DNA of 64,000 bases from Octopus sinensis (taxonomy: Eukaryota), in the NCBI RefSeq assembly GCF_006345805.1, contig NC_043012.1, positions 59,396,001 through 59,460,000 of the forward strand. The letters are read 5' to 3'. Below the pieces are notes generated by a model. It worked only from the letters and a program-made list of their open reading frames with translations, ran no database searches and was not told the origin of the DNA. Positions 12,374 through 24,684 of this stretch are shown here, piece after piece. Each line of letters opens with the position of its first letter. The first letter of the stretch is position 1. Both the position numbers and the translations under genes were made by a program.

Positions 12374-12680
12374 AGGAGGCACATGGCTTAGTTGTTAGAG
12401 CAGCGGACTTGCGGTCGAGAGATCGCGGGTTCGAATCTCAGACCGGGCGATGCGTGTGTTTATGAGCGAAACGCTCAATTCCACGCGGCTCCGGCAGAAG
12501 GTAATGGCGAACTTCTGCTGACTCTTTCGCCACAACTTTCTCTCACTCTATCCTCCTGTATCTTGCAGCTCACCTGCGACGGCCCGGCGTCCCGTCCAGG
12601 TGGGGAACCTATACGCCAAGGAAACCAGGAAACCGGCCCTTATGAACCAGGCATAGCTCGAGAAGGAATAAAATAAACAA
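12374..12680 (+). mobile_element. SINE family D (tRNA-like head)
   Basis: GGAGGCACATGGCTTAGTTGTTAGAGC...GGGTTCGAATCTC...GGCATAGCTCGAGAAGGAA; second copy at 47699-48003. Confidence 0.85.
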
Positions 12681-12762
12681 TATGACATAAACCTCAATAT
12701 GGTGATATGAGTATTTGAGGCAATCGTGCCATTCTTGTGAACATGAAGAACGTAAGATAAAG

Positions 12763-12843
12763 TTAAGTGACACCAGCTGATAATTGGCAAAAGAGGTCCT
12801 CCATGTGCCGCTTGTCTTTCTCCTCCATGCGCCGCTCGTCTTT
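12763..12843 (-). other. Candidate coding exon or Gag-like relic (KDERRMEEKDKRHMEDLFCQLSAGVT*)
   Basis: Follows a possible acceptor CTGACTGTTTTATCTAG; contains an in-frame 24 bp tandem repeat (12798-12845). No homologue recognised. Confidence 0.2.
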
Positions 12844-13258
12844 CTAGATAAAACAGTCAGATTGTTTTCTAAAAATGCATGCTATTTATCGTTTTAAAAT
12901 GGGAAGCATAGCTCAGGGAAACGTAGTCAACACGGTCGTAAAAGTATTTTAGGCCCCAAGGCAAAGTAATGCACTGAGGCCCGAAGAATATGCTTCATCA
13001 CAGTATATATAGATTGACACTGGGTGCCTTAATTCGGGGTAGCTCGCTGGAGAGTTGCAGGCTGAGCACATGCCAATAGACGGCACTATAAGTAATGACT
13101 GAGTATAAACTGCGATGGTCATAGCTGGAACACCTTTGAGAAGAAGTTCTTTTCGGCTGAGGCTGACTTGAAGCCAAACAAGAAGAGACATAGTCACGAC
13201 AACAGTAGCAACAACAGCAATAACAATAACTACCATAATACTGAAGGCAGAATAAAGT

Positions 13259-13330
13259 GGACCAAAGCCTTGTGAGTGGATTTGGTAGACGGAAACAGAA
13301 AGAAGCCCGTCGTATATATGTATATATATA

Positions 13331-13361
<31 letters not shown>

Positions 13362-13594
13362 ATGTGTGTGTGTGTGTGTATGTTTGCGTGTCTGTGTTTG
13401 TCCCCCAAAATCGCTTGACAACCAATGCTGGTGTGTTTACGTCCCCGTAATGTTGCTGTTCGGCAAAAGGGACCGATAGAATAAGTACTACGCTTACAAA
13501 GAATAAGTCCTGGGGGTCGATTTGCTCGACTAAAGGCGGTGCCCCAGCATGGCCACAGTCAAATGACTGAAACAATTAAAAGAGTAAAAGAGTA
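13259..13594 (+). mobile_element. SINE family B, 5' truncated
   Basis: GACCAAAGCCTTGTGAGTGGATTTGGTAGACGG...AAAGAGTAAAAGAG. Confidence 0.9.
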
Positions 13595-13854
13595 ATTCTT
13601 AAGAATATTTAATCATAGAAATATGATATATCTAAAAAGAAAAACAATGGCTGTAGGGGTCCCACCAAATAAAATAGGAATCAAAGGAATCCATAGGGAA
13701 CAAAATGGTCGGGAACCCTTGATACAAAGCAATGAGCTTGAGCAAGCGATTCAGCTGATCGAAAAGTTGAATAGGGACAGTGACACTGCAGAAGATGTTT
13801 CGTTTCACTCACAAATATTATAAATAAAGCAAGAAAGGCGACGAGAGGGCAAAT

Positions 13855-14030
13855 TTGTTAAGATGCCGGGAAATATGCTGAGAGGTATTTCAACCGTTTT
13901 TACGTTTCTGTTCAATTTTCGCTAAGGTTGACTTTGCCTGTCATCCTTTCGGGAGCGATGGAATAAGTACCAGTTAAACACTGGGGTAAATGTAATGACT
14001 TCTTCCTCTCCTCAAAACCCCCTGGCCCAT
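13855..14030 (+). mobile_element. SINE family A variant, diverged
   Basis: GGTTGACTTTGCCTGTCATCCTTTCGGG...AAGTACCAGTTAAACACTGGGG. Confidence 0.7.
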
Positions 14031-14157
14031 TATTAATAAAAAAGTTTAAAATGTATCTTAATGCTTTTTAACTTTAAATGTGAAGAATACGAGAACGTTT
14101 TCGTTACTTTTTCATCTCTTGTGTCCCACGAAGTGATAAATAAACATTGAAACCTGC

Positions 14158-15092
14158 AGCAGTAGGATATGATCTACAGGAGATTTGGTATATATTTCTA
14201 GCAAATCCAACCATCACATAGAGGTTCCCAAGTTTGTCCGTATGTTGCTTGGGTCAGAAAAAACTTTATTTTAAAAACTTATTAATTTTTTACAGAAGAG
14301 TTGGGGTAAAATGGTAGACGTAGTGATTGTGGCATTCATCCAACATCAGTAGGATATGATCTACAGGAGATTTGGTATATATTTCTAGCAAATCCATCCA
14401 TCACATAGAGGTTCCCAAGTTTGTCCGTATGTTGCTTGGTCAGAAAAAACTTTATTTTAAAAACTTATTAATTTTTTGCAGAAGAGTTGGGGTAAAATGG
14501 TAGACGTAGTGATTGTGGCATTCATCCAACATCAGTAGGATATGATCTACTGGGGATTTGGTATATATTTCTAGCAAATCCATCCATCACATAGAGGTTC
14601 CCAAGTTTGTTCGTATGTTGCTTGGGTCAGAAATAACTCTATTTTAAAAACTTATTAATTTTTTTGCAGAAGAGTTGGGGTAAAATAGTAGACGTAGTGA
14701 TTGTGGCATTCATCCTACAGCAGTAGGATATGATCTACAGGAGATTTGGTATATATTTCTAGCAAATCCATCCATCACATAGAGGGTCCCAAGTTCGTCC
14801 GTATGTTGCTTGGGTCAGAAAAAAACTTCATTTTAAAAACTGATTAATTTTTTGCAGAAGAGTTGGGGTAAAATGGTAGACGTAGTGATTGTGACATTCA
14901 TCCTACATCAGTAGGATATGATGTACAGGATATTTGGTATATATTTCTAGCAAATCCAACCATCACATAGAGGTTCCCAAGTTTGTTCGTACATTGGTTG
15001 ATTCAGAACAAATCCATTTTTAAAATTATTTCTTTTTTGGTAGAGGTTGGGAGAGTAAAATGCAAGATGGAGTGATTGTGGCATTCATCCTA
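14158..15092. repeat. Tandem array, 5 copies of a ~187 bp unit
   Basis: The AGTAGGATATGAT start recurs at 14161, 14348, 14534, 14722 and 14910; the last copy is the most diverged. Confidence 0.95.
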
Positions 15093-15279
15093 TTCTCTGC
15101 GCACATCCCATTACATAGCATGTAATGTTTTATTCAATCGTTATTTCTTAGTCTTGACTACAATAGAGAGAGCGTTCGGAGGCGTCACGATGTTTATATA
15201 GTCTGCTTGCGTCTGTCAGTATATATTAGACCATTCTTAAGCCATTAACTCCTCTACACAATACAAACATACACGCATA

Positions 15280-15479
15280 CGAATCAAAACATGCATGCAT
15301 ACATAAATGCGCATATATACACATACACACATATACATACCGTGCATATAAATATGTAATAATTTCGTTTTTCATAACGTATTGTTATGTAATTCTTTTT
15401 TTTTATTAGACAATCATCGCCGTCGCCGTTCTCATAATCATCACCATCATCATAATTACCAGCAGCATTACTGCTGCTG

Positions 15480-15531
<52 letters not shown>

Positions 15532-15626
15532 AACAGTTACCAGGACCTATATACGAGTACATATGAATGCACAGCCGTGTGTGTTTGTATATGTATGTAT
15601 GTATGTATGCATGTATGTATGCATGA

Positions 15627-15658
<32 letters not shown>

Positions 15659-15715
15659 TATATATATATATAGATAGATAGATAGATAGATAGATAGACA
15701 TATACACTTACACGC

Positions 15716-15762
<47 letters not shown>

Positions 15763-15837
15763 TGCATGTATATATGTATGTATGTAGTATGCATGTATGT
15801 ATGTATGTATGTATGAATATATATATATATATAGATC

Positions 15838-15895
<58 letters not shown>

Positions 15896-15909
15896 GTGTA
15901 TATTTATAT

Positions 15910-15946
<37 letters not shown>

Positions 15947-15998
15947 TAGATAGATAGATAGATAGATAGACATATACACTTACACGCATATAATATAT

Positions 15999-16031
<33 letters not shown>

Positions 16032-16205
16032 TATATACATACTATATACATACGTTATACGCACACACAAACATATATGAGCTATAAGAAACATATTTGT
16101 ACACAGACACACATATCTATTTGTGTACATACACACACATACACATACAAAGAGTGAGAAAGAAGCAGAAAAACAGAACGAGAGAGAGAGAGAGAGAGAG
16201 AGACA
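15280..16205. repeat. Compound microsatellite region (TAC, ATGT, AT, GATA, GA)
   Basis: Directly visible. Confidence 0.9.
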
Positions 16206-17198
16206 GAGAAAGGGGTAGGGGTGTGTATGTTTGTGTGGGGGCGGGCGGGTAGGAAAAGGAGAGAAAAAGAGGTGAGGAGGATAAAGTGCGATTACGTTGT
16301 AAATTACTTTCATTGTGATCGTATTAATGAGGTTTTAGCAGTATACGATATCTGATGATCTCATTGGAGAGGTTTCCATTTTATCCATCTATATCCATAT
16401 CCATATGCGTGCCTGTTATTCTTCCATATATATATATACTACTATCGTTCCTCCATACTTTCTTGTTAATATCACAAACCGTTGTTGTCGATTTTTCTCC
16501 GATATTTCAGAGAGATTAATAACCACACCGCCACCGCACATCACATGACACTCCCTTAGTTGAGCTTCATACTAAGAGAATACAGAGGCATACTGTCAAC
16601 CTTCCAACTCCCGGATCAATAAATCCATCTCGGATAAAATGAAAATACGAAATTAAGCTTTCCCCCGTCTTATCGACACATCAACTCTTTCATAGCTATA
16701 CTTCTTTTATTCGAAGAATAGCGGCCAACAATGGTACCAGAAAATGGCGGAAGGAGTTTTCGATTGCCGCTTGAGTAGGAGATATGGAAAGAAAAAAAAT
16801 ATAGAAAAATAGAAAAATAAAAATAAAAATAAAATAAACGAAATAAAATAAAAATAAATAAGATAAAAAAGCTACATAATGCCACAAACAAAAAAAACAC
16901 AAAAACAAAAGAAAAACAAAAAACTCACAAACAAAAAGAAACTAAACAACAACTATACAAAAACAAATACAACACCGATTTCATGGTAATTCATCTGTCT
17001 TCGTTTCCATTGAATGAAAACTCCAGTATCATTGACAATATGAAGAGCTTCCTGTTGTGTTAATGGCAATGGTATTTAATATTATTATTATTTTCATCAT
17101 CATCATCATCAGCAGCAGCAGCAGAATTTTTTATTATTACTGTTGTTGTTGTTGGTGGTGCTGATAGTGTTCTTGTTGTTTGTTGTTATCTGTTTCTT

Positions 17199-17239
<41 letters not shown>

Positions 17240-17449
17240 GTTTGAAAATGACATGCGAAAATATTCTCGGCTACATTTTCATTGTCCTCCAATCTCTTTA
17301 GAAATTACACGCTAGCATCTTGGTCTAGTTTAGTTTCTATCCATCACAACGGTGGCAATGGTTTGATTCCTATCTTTCTTTATTAAGCATCTCCCATCCC
17401 TATCTCTCTCTCTCACATGCTCATTCTCTTTTCTTTCTTTCTCTCACGA

Positions 17450-17528
<79 letters not shown>

Positions 17529-17867
17529 TCGTGTATATATCTTTATACTCATATACATAAATAAATCATTTAAAGTATTATCTCGAAGCAAATCCAGACA
17601 TTTATAAAGATTTGCCGTGTATTGGGTTCAAAATATGGTCAAAGGCAAACCTGTGGGATTCAAATTCACTCCCTTTCTACAGCGGTTCGAGTCCCGTTGA
17701 TAACCTCGGCTCTTTTTTATCACTCACGGGGCTTATAACCCGGTATATTACAAACTATTATCTCTAAGTGTATTTTCTGCTTGATACACCATTAAATAAT
17801 ATATTTACATAGTTGTCCATGTTTCTATTTTTGCCTTGTAAATATAAACAAATATCCTTGTATAAAC

Positions 17868-18057
17868 TTGTATGGCTGGGTGGTTAAACAGCTCACTTTA
17901 CATCCACGTGATTTCGGGTTCAGTTCCATAGCGCAGCTCCTTCCAAAATTTTCATGTACTGTAGCTTCGGGCCGACTTTGCCTTGTGAATCTATTTGTGT
18001 GGAAATCCATTGTGTGTGTATGTGAGTGTATGTGTGTGTGTGTGTGTGTGTGAGTGT

Positions 18058-18060
<3 letters not shown>
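17868..18060 (+). mobile_element. SINE family B 5' half, diverged
   Basis: ATGGCTGGGTGGTTAAACAGC...GGGTTCAGTTCCA...GGGCCGACTTTGCCTTGTG. Confidence 0.65.
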
Positions 18061-18101
<41 letters not shown>

Positions 18102-18439
18102 TTAGTCAATTCAAATAAACGAATGAAATTAACGCACAAGAAATGTATCAGCTTGACGCTTGGTGAAAAGAGTGACGTTTCAAGCATAGCACTTCGTCAG
18201 AAAGGGAAACAGGAAAGATCCAAGAAAAACCTCTATTAAACAATTCAATAATGAAAGATATTATTCATACCATATAGAAAACATATACTATAAAAATCTT
18301 ATTCTAAAAATCAACAAAGTACAATAAATAGTAAATAGTAGTAAAAGACTACGTGCATTTCCTGGCTATATTTTCAAATAGATAATAGTATAATCAATTC
18401 GATTTAAAATTAAATCGATCTAATATATATAATATATAT

Positions 18440-18690
18440 GCGTGTGTGTGTTTGTGTGTATGCTTTTATGCCTATGCTTGTCACATGTCCCATCATTTGA
18501 CAGCCGGTGTTGTTTTCTTTACATCTCCGTAACTTGGAGTTTAGGTAAAAGAAACCGATAGACTAAAGACCAGGTTTTAAAAGAACAAAAGTTTGTGAAT
18601 CGATTTATTCAACTAAAACCCTGTAAGGCAGAGCCCCAGTATGGCCACAATCCGATAAGTGAAACATATGAAAGATAAGTGAAACATATG
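18440..18690 (+). mobile_element. SINE family B 3' half, diverged
   Basis: CCGTAACTT...AAAAGAAACCGATAGA...CCCCAGTATGGCCACAATC. Confidence 0.6.
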
Positions 18691-18997
18691 AAACATATTG
18701 TAATGTGCACGTTATAACCAATGTTTTAAAAGTCCATGTGTTTCTTTATAACATTATGAGGGAGCCTGTGTAGAGAATCCACTGTGTTTGGGCGGAATTT
18801 TTTTGTTGGTACGCTCCTTGGTTCTGAAGGTAAAAGAGGTAAGCCTGGAGAACACATCATGTGTGTGTGCGCGTGTGTGTACATACATACATACATACAT
18901 ACATACATACATACATACAACATACATACATACATATATGCATGCATGCATACATACATACATGTCAGTTCTATATATCTGTCTATCTATCTGTATG

Positions 18998-19031
<34 letters not shown>

Positions 19032-20442
19032 TGTATGTATGTATGTATGTATGTATGTATGTATGTGTATGGATACGTACGCACTCATACACGCATAAAT
19101 ATACACACTCATCCACGCACATAATCGCACACACATATATATGAACATATACAATATACTCGCGTGCACGCAAACACTCACACACATACTTATATACACA
19201 CATATATACATACGAACACAAATGTGCGCGTGTGTTTCATTATATATGTTTTCAGGCTCTTGTCCATTACTGTTTTTATCACTATATGGTTTGAACAACA
19301 CAACAACATCAATAACAACAACCACAAAAAGGCTACCAACAAAAAGAAATTAAAAAAAAAAGAAATGGAAACACCTCTTGCGAGCAATATGGACTAGCCT
19401 GTACTATTGTCATATCATGTTTCCATAATTTGTAAACCAGTATTTTAGAAAACGTGTACTTTTTGCTTTGGAAATTTTAGACTACATAAAATATTGATGA
19501 TTAATGCTTGTTATGTTTCGTATTTGTTCTTTTCTGAATCCACTCTCGAGTCTTAGCTTATGAACACGAGCTGTCTATTCATGTACAAAATAAACATTTC
19601 CAAGAGTTGTATAGCAAAAGCACAATACCACTGCTTATGTTAAACTAATTACGAGAAAAACCTTATTTTACAATTTAAACACAGATAACGTAAAAATAAA
19701 TATATAAAAACAGAGGGAGAAATAAAACTGTTAACTGTATCAAAAATAATAAACTGCTTTCGCAATTTGAAACAAAATCTGGTTTTCGGCGTGGATTTTT
19801 GCTGTTGTGTAAAAGATGTTTGAGTGTATGGCGGATATATAGTGTGAAAATAAAAGCTGATGTAATCTGATAAAAGGAAAAGGAGGAGGAGAGACGAGAG
19901 GGGGAGGAGAAGATAGAATATGAAGACGATGGAAAACAACATCAACTTGTACTGCTGCTGCTGCTACTACTACTACTACTACAAACAGAAAGTAACTTGA
20001 AAGAAGTCAAAAGTTCAGCGTAAGGTGAGAATTTTGTTAAAACTTGGCAACTTTTACTTTCCCTTGCTAAGTATTTCAGAGTTTTAAATTTCTTTACACT
20101 TCAACATTTGTTACACTTAGAAGTTTGTGGCGAATCGTTTGCAGTAAAGAAAGATCATCGTCTGTGATTTTTTCATTTTTTTAGCATATTATCGTCTGCC
20201 TTTTTTCTCTTTTGCGTTTTGAAAGCTGGTTTGGGATTATGTAACGTGTCAAATTTTGCAAAAACAATGGACGTAACTGTTTTATTAGTAAACTGAAAAT
20301 TTTAAGACAAACATTTAAAAATAATTTCATAAACACGAAACACCGTTAGACTGAACTTAAAATAACATTTAATATTAGAAAATAAAACATTTGTTTGAAA
20401 TTGGTCTTTGTATTTAAAACTTATGAGCACATACATTTAGGT

Positions 20443-20756
20443 TATATCACCGTCACCGTGACCGAGCAGGCTATCAGATGTTGCTACACATCGCTGGTTA
20501 CAATGCGCTTCGCATTGTTTTAGCCTTCAAATGACACCACCCCGCTGGCTAGGCGAGCGGGCCAACAGAAGAAAGAGTGAGAGAAAGTTGTGGCGAAAGA
20601 GTACAGCAAGGAACGCCACCACCCCTGCCGGAGTCTCGTGGAGTTTCAAGTATTTTCGCTCAATAAACACTCACAACGCCCGGTCTGGGAATCGAAACGG
20701 CGATCCTACAACCGCGTGTCTGCTGCCCTAACCACTGGGCCATTGCGCCTCCACAC
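20443..20756 (-). mobile_element. SINE family E (tRNA-like head; central block shared with family D)
   Basis: Minus strand: GGAGGCGCAATGGCCCAGTGGTTAGGGCAGC...GTTTCGATTCCC...CGCCACAACTTTCTCTCACTCT. Confidence 0.85.
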
Positions 20757-21737
20757 ATTTAGTTTATATATTTGGCTAAATAAAAAAAAGATATTGATTC
20801 ATTTTATTCAAATTCAACCTTAGAATGTTTCAAAGTATTGCTTTTATACATACACCTTGGTCACTAAATCGATTAAAATAACAAATACCTAAAATGAGTT
20901 AAATTCCATGTATAAGATAGCAAGCGTTTCTCTATATTTATGAAGTTCGTACGAATAGGCTATCATATAGAATGACCAACGTAACGCGAAACTCAGAACT
21001 ACGTTTTTGCATAATTTTTGCTTAATTTTAGTGTGACGTCTATACTCGAATAATTAGAATGAGAGGCAAATTAGAATTGGTAGGTTTTGATGGTTGTCTT
21101 ATTGTAATTCTTGTACTAAAGCTCTATGCATTTCTGCATTATATAGTCTAACTGCGTAACGAGGTCTACCCAGTGCACTGCTTCTTACGGCAGAAACAGC
21201 TCTAAAGCTGATGAAGCTGATTACATAATTATTGTTTGCTGTTAATCAACGATTTATATTAAGTTCTGGACTCACCTAACATTTTATTCTAAAGAATATT
21301 ATACATTGTGTTCAAACGACTGGTTATTAGTATCACAACGCCTAATTGAAATCATCATTATCACACACACACGCGCGCGCGCATACAGAGCAATGTGCAG
21401 TTACTGCAGTAGAAACATATGTTGTTCATCGTTATACATGCAGTAGAAAAACCTTCTAATAAAAGGTTTTTGATGTGAATGAAACTCCGCTCTCCTCTTG
21501 GTTATCAAATATATGTCCCAAGCACAAAGAAGCCTTGTATAGAAAATAGAAATGATTCGAATTGATCACTAAAATTTAGGAATGAATACGTCAAGTACAG
21601 TTCGTCTCCTATCGAGATTACACATTGAATTTCTATAAGATGACAGATGCTATACAAATCTGTTTCGAAAGCAGTAGATGCTGGTTATAATGCGATAATG
21701 CAATCTGTAAATAAAAGGATTGCAAGAGGTAGTCGAG

Positions 21738-21826
21738 CACTACTGATGTTTCAAAAGTACACCAGGTGAATTTTACGTAACATTGTGAATGTCTCATAGT
21801 AATCTAGTATGCTTTTTCATCAGGTG
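21738..21826 (-). ncRNA. Type I hammerhead ribozyme, intact core (copy 1)
   Basis: CAC CTGATGA AAAAGCATACTAG...CTGGTGTACTTTT GAAA CATCAG T A GTG. Stem II 13 positions with one mismatch, stem III A-U/C-G, GUA triplet, stem I CAC/GTG. Confidence 0.7.
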
Positions 21827-21867
21827 TAATGCAATCTGTAAATAAAGTATTGCAAGAGGTAGTCGAG

Positions 21868-21956
21868 CACTACTGATGTTTCGAAAGTACACCAGGTGAA
21901 TTTTACGTAACATTGTGAATGTCTCGTAGTAATCTAGTATGCTTTTTCATCAGGTG
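21868..21956 (-). ncRNA. Type I hammerhead ribozyme, intact core (copy 2)
   Basis: As copy 1 but ...TACTTTC GAAA, giving an A-C apposition at the base of stem II. Confidence 0.65.
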
Positions 21957-22564
21957 TATACATAGCACGGCTTCGCTTAAAGTAGTCCGCCGCGATAAAG
22001 AATTAGAAGGAAAAAAAAATTGAAAGGGGAAACGGTAAATATCGAATGGCGTACTCTCCTCAGCGATTAATTTGTGAAATAGATAAAGCTGTGGTTTCAT
22101 TTCATTAGGTGTATACTGAAATTATTCTGGTGGCTAGATCAGATTATTGCCTCATTGATGTATAAGTGGCGTCAATGATGGGAAGTCGGTGAATCAAAAG
22201 CTGGGATTTTTATTACTTATCAAAGATAAACATGAATATTAAGATCTCATAGGGGGGAACATGGGGAAAAGAAATAAAAGGGTAAAAGTAAAAAAGAAAA
22301 TTGAATAAGAACTAATCGAAATAACGTTAGTTAAGTTAGTTGTATGTACACACATAGGAATACACTAGTCCACACTCTCACACACACATACACATACACG
22401 TAGACTCACACGTACGCACACACACACAACGTAGACGTACGCGTACGAAGTATATCCGTATATTCATATAATTTAAGACTATATAAACAAATATAAAGAA
22501 ATATACACGCACAAACATGCGCGCGCACACACACGCATATTTATATATATATATATACACACAC

Positions 22565-22605
<41 letters not shown>

Positions 22606-22619
22606 ATATATATTTAGAC

Positions 22620-22790
22620 AAATAGATAACGAAGCCAAGGCTGTGAGGAGTTTTCAGGACATTTGTAAGGAAAGAGATATAGATATAGTCTTATAACTGC
22701 TTCTGGGATATCATGGATATCCCTTCATCAGAGATGGTTAAGTGGAGGTAAATGTTTCCTTTCGAAACACACGTACAAATATGCGTATAG
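22620..22790 (-). mobile_element. Penelope-like terminal fragment with hammerhead relic at 22689-22735
   Basis: TCT CTGATGA A GGGATATC CAT GATATCCC A GAAG CAGTTA T A AGA; 8 bp perfect stem II, A15.1 mutated to G. Confidence 0.5.
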
Positions 22791-23099
22791 GCATATATAT
22801 TCCATGATATATATACGCGGACAAGCATACGAATATATATCTATAAACTTGCTACACACACAAATATTCAGAAGAAAATTAAATATACCAACTAATTGAT
22901 ACACATTTAGACGTTAATTTTTACAAACGAATACTATCATACGGGATTGAAATACAGGTGCAATATAAAGAATATAGAGTATATATGTAATCTTTATCTA
23001 TTCCACTCTCTCCTCCCCTGTTTTTGATGCTTACTGCTTACCGGCATCTTATTTTGCTTTCTCTAATATGGCGGTCGTCCTTCAATGGAGCAGTCGTAT

Positions 23100-23148
23100 A
23101 CACCTGATGGAAAAGTACAGCGGACTGCTATGAAACATCTGTAATGTT
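23100..23148 (+). ncRNA. Degenerate hammerhead relic related to the 21738 family
   Basis: ACAC CTGATGG AAAAGTACAG...TGCTAT GAAA CATCTG T A ATGT; A9 mutated to G, poor stem II. Confidence 0.3.
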
Positions 23149-23224
23149 ACGTAATACGCACTTGATGTGCTTTTGAAACATATGTAGTAGTTGATTACCT
23201 CTTCCATTCCATTATTTACAGATA

Positions 23225-23225
23225 T

Positions 23226-23272
<47 letters not shown>

Positions 23273-23590
23273 ATATATATATTATATATATTATGTATGT
23301 ATGTATGTATGTATGTATGTATGTATGTATGTATGTATGTATATACGTATGTATGTATGTATGCAAGTATGTATGTATGTATGCATGTATGTATGTATGT
23401 ATGTATATATGTATGCATGTATGCATGTATGTATGTGTATATGCATGTATGTATGTATATTCCAGCATGCCCACTGCCTTTGGACTGAAACGTATGAGAA
23501 AATGAAAGAATATATACGAATATATACATCAATAGAGCTAGCTATATGTATATTTGTATTTATAGCATATACATACGGACTATTATATGC

Positions 23591-23670
<80 letters not shown>

Positions 23671-23910
23671 ATCTATCTGTATGTATGCACATATACACAC
23701 ATGATATATATGCGCGCGCATATAAACACAGAAAATTGGTTTTTGTTAACTAATCCGTCCGGTAGTCCGATTGGTCCTGAGAGACTAAATACAAACACTA
23801 ACTTAATCTCAAGAACATCAGAAAGCAGATTCTGGAGGAACGGGACAAAACCAATGAAAAGGTCCCCCTGTATGTATGTATGTATGTATGTATGTATGTA
23901 TGTATGTATG

Positions 23911-23941
<31 letters not shown>

Positions 23942-24510
23942 GTATGTATGTATGCATGTATGTATGTATGTATGTATGTATGTATATGTATTTATGTATG
24001 TGTATGTATTTATGTATGTATGTATGTATGTATATATATATGTATGTACGTACGTACGTATGTATGTATGTATTATGTGTATATGTATGTATGTACGTAC
24101 GTACGTACGTATGTATGTATGTATGTATGTATTATGTGTGTATGGACGTACGTATGTATGTATATATTATTTACGTACGTATATACGTATGTATGTATTT
24201 ATGTATCAATGCACGTACGTACGTTTGCATGTATGTATATGTGCATGCGTGTGTGTGTGTGCATGTATGTCTGTATGTAAGCATGTGCATATTTAGGTAT
24301 GTTTCGTGTATAACGTATAAGTGTATGTCTTAATGTATGTATGCATGTTTTTATGTATATAATATATACATATATACATACATACATACACACACACACA
24401 CAGATATATATATATACAGACATATATATATATACATACACATACACACACATATATATATATACATATATATACACACACATATGCATGTGCATGTGTG
24501 TATATGTATG
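23225..24510. repeat. Microsatellite-rich region (AT, ATGT, CTAT, CA) with a short unique insert near 23710-23870
   Basis: Directly visible. Confidence 0.9.
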
Positions 24511-24541
24511 CAGGCATGTTCACTATTATATTCCTGATCAC

Positions 24542-24631
24542 CATTATCCATCCTGTCCTCCGACTTATCTTCGTCGTCGTGCTTCTCCGCCACTTCCTCC
24601 CGATCATCGGCTGGAACATCTGGAATATTAA
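24542..24631 (-). CDS. Candidate 90 bp internal coding exon, phase 1-1, acidic peptide NIPDVPADDREEVAEKHDDEDKSEDRMDN
   Basis: Acceptor CTAATCACTAATCTCCTACATTTAG with branch-like CTAAT/CTAAC; open frame; donor G|GTGATC (weak). A GC-rich island within microsatellites. Confidence 0.4.
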
Positions 24632-24684
24632 CTAAATGTAGGAGATTAGTGATTAGCGAATTAGTGTTAGGATTTTAAGTTTGA

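Larger units (their letters stand above)
21696..21958. repeat. Tandem duplication, 2 x 131 bp, each unit carrying a hammerhead on the minus strand
   Basis: TAATGCAATCTG starts at 21696 and 21827; the units differ at only a few positions. Confidence 0.95.

Noticed and set aside
13623-13823. 66 aa plus-strand ORF
   Set aside because: Its first half overlaps what looks like a hAT-type MITE end (~13655-13722); no splice or homology support.
14158-15092. The 187 bp array as coding repeats (minus frame DKLGNLYVMVG..IYQIS, NHL-like) or as a CRISPR array
   Set aside because: The frames I traced meet stops within a unit and unit lengths (186-188) shift frame. There are no unique spacers and the DNA is eukaryotic.
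18165-18205. Minus-strand CTGACGA...GAAACGTC hammerhead-like motif
   Set aside because: Stem II is poor and there is no stem I. Similarly too degenerate: 29540-29605, 40598-40640, 46118-46155 and 62280-62312.
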